DNA of 8,669 bases from a virus (taxonomy: Duplodnaviria; Heunggongvirae; Uroviricota; Caudoviricetes): the IMG/VR virus record IMGVR_UViG_2778261708_000017; one strand, 5' to 3'. Every line of letters begins with the position of its first letter. Within the stretch, counting starts at the first letter, position 1. A program made the translations under genes and the position numbers. The notes under the pieces were generated by a model. The model saw only the letters and a program-made list of their open reading frames with translations, made no database searches and had not been told where the DNA came from. Shown here piece after piece: positions 7,429-8,669 of this stretch.

Positions 7429-8542
7429 TGTAGATTCAATCTGTCAATGCAACACCCCTTTCAATTATCTCTTTCGGTGTTTTGAACTTCAGTGTCTTTC
7501 TCGGTCTGTTGTTTAGCTGAGCAGCAACCAGATCTAGTTCATGTTGAGTATATTGGGCAAGACATGTCTTTTTAGGAAAGTACTGCCGAATTAGCCCATT
7601 TGTGTTCTCATTTGTTCCCCGCTGCCAAGGACTCTGAGGATCGCAGAAGTAAACTTTAACGCCGGTGCTGACAGTAAATTCTAGATGTCTGGCCAGTTCC
7701 ATTCCTCTGTCCCATGTCAGTGATTTTCTGAGTTCTGACGGTAAACTCAGGAATTTGTCGGTAAGAGCCTGATTTACTGAGACAGAATCTTTGCCCCTGA
7801 GTCTGAGGATGATCGTATAACGTGATTTTCGGTCTACAAGTGTGGCTATATGAGAGTTTTTTGTACCTGAGACTAAATCGCCCTCCCAATGCCCTAGAGA
7901 GCGTCTGTTATCGATATTTCGGGAACGTTCGTGAATTGGTGTTCCGTTCACTATGTTAATCGTACCTCTTTCGCCTTTGCGGGTATGACGCCTGCCATGG
8001 CGAAGGCTATGCGACCGTCGCAGATGCTGTATATTCAGGTGGTGTAGCGCTTCACGGCTACGAAAGTACAGCGTTTTATAAATTGTCTCAGGTGATATTC
8101 GCAGCGTTTTTTGACGTGGTTTTGTTCGCCTTAACCATCCTGATATTTGCTCTGGAGACCATTTCATCTCCAGCTTTTCCAGAACAAGCTTTCGCAATGG
8201 TAAATTTTGATCCAGTAAGCACGGTTTTGGCCTTTTCGCCATTCTGTTGGCTCGGTTATTAGCATCAACAGCTTTGTAATAGCGTCTGCCCCGATTACGC
8301 TGAACTTCACGTGAGATCGTCGAAGGACTGCGATTCAGCGCAGTAGCTATCGCACGAATGCTCATTTTGGCTGACAAACCAGCTCGTATCTCCTCGCGCT
8401 CAGACAGTGTCAGGTGAGCTACAGCCCGCTTACGCTCATGGGGTTTTATGCCGCCAGTATCCCTTAACATAGTGAAGATCGTTCCGGGTTTTGAACCCAG
8501 GATATTCGCTATTTCACTGAAGCCTGTTCCGTTCTTCCATAG
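7429..8542 (-). mobile_element. IS30 insertion sequence, inserted in gpD and itself truncated or interrupted at its transposase-proximal end by an IS629-like element
   Basis: A terminal inverted repeat TGTAGATTCAATCTGTCAATGCAACA begins at 7429. The - strand ORF encodes the IS30 transposase ending ...KTPKEIIERGVALTD. The IS30-like sequence stops abruptly at 8542, where the IS3-family repeat TGAACCGCC... begins, so about 100 bp of the element (first about 15 codons plus the other repeat) is absent from this side. Confidence 0.85.
7436..8542 (-). pseudogene. insI: IS30 transposase, 5'-disrupted by the IS629-like insertion
   Basis: Translation from the internal Met (ORF-track 7436..8470) is MLRDTGGIKPHERKRAVAHLTLSEREEIRAGLSAKMSIRAIATALNRSPSTISREVQRNRG..., which I recognise as the IS30 transposase (from memory). 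The frame continues upstream through ...LWKNGTGFSEIANILGSKPGTIFT to the junction at 8542 without reaching the native start. Confidence 0.85.
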
Positions 8543-8669
8543 TGAACCGCCCCGGAAATCCTGGAGACTAAACTCCCTGAGAAAGAGGTAAACAGGATGA
8601 CTAAAAATACTCGTTTTTCCCCCGAAGTCCGTCAGCGGGCGATTCGTATGGTTCTGGAAAGTCAGGATG
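8543..8669 (+). mobile_element. IS3-family insertion sequence (IS629/IS1203/IS3411-like), left-end portion, copy B; continues beyond the window end
   Basis: TGAACCGCCCCGGAAATCCTGGAGACTAAACTCCCTGAGAAAGAGGTAAACAGG then ATG ACT AAA AAT ACT CGT. It is about 93% identical by eye to the reverse complement of 1-127, so this is a related but diverged copy in inverted orientation. Confidence 0.8.
8597..8669 (+). CDS. IS3-family transposase OrfA, N-terminal part (partial; runs off the window end)
   Basis: ATG at 8597 with GAGG about 10 nt upstream. Translation is MTKNTRFSPEVRQRAIRMVLESQD... Confidence 0.75.
   Translation, partial: MTKNTRFSPEVRQRAIRMVLESQD

Noticed and set aside
7030-7485. The 151-aa + strand ORF as listed in the ORF track
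   Set aside because: Not one gene: the true gpD start is the ATG at 7162 with its own Shine-Dalgarno, and the C-terminal residues after 7428 are a read-through into the IS30 inverted repeat.
7656-7889. A 77-aa - strand ORF inside IS30
   Set aside because: It is an alternative frame within the IS30 transposase gene, which explains the region.
1-8669. CRISPR arrays, tRNA or rRNA genes, integrase or attachment sites
   Set aside because: No regularly spaced direct repeats, no cloverleaf-like tRNA signatures, and no integrase-like ORF are visible; the IS and phage genes account for essentially the whole window.

Overview
This window is a decayed P2-like prophage tail module bracketed and pierced by insertion sequences. 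Left to right: the inward-facing end of an IS3-family (IS629/IS1203-like) element (1-127, orfA on the - strand); a tail-fibre assembly gene that this IS has 5'-truncated (128-660, +); a stem-loop terminator; an AT-rich cargo gene for a hexapeptide-repeat acetyltransferase with its own sigma70-like promoter (704-1276, -); then on the - strand P2-type gpU, a frameshifted tape-measure gene, gpE with its E+E' frameshift extension, tail tube (FII) and tail sheath (FI). Upstream of FI, on the + strand, is the 5' fragment of gpD (7162-7428), cut by an IS30 copy (7429-8542). That IS30 is itself interrupted by a second, diverged IS629-like element (8543 to window end). Gene order breaks P2 synteny: D diverges from FI instead of following U, and the fibre-assembly gene converges on U instead of preceding FI. 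A single inversion of the FI-to-U block would restore canonical order. No rRNA, tRNA, CRISPR array, integrase or att site was found. All protein-family calls come from reading the translations against remembered family sequences; no database search was run.
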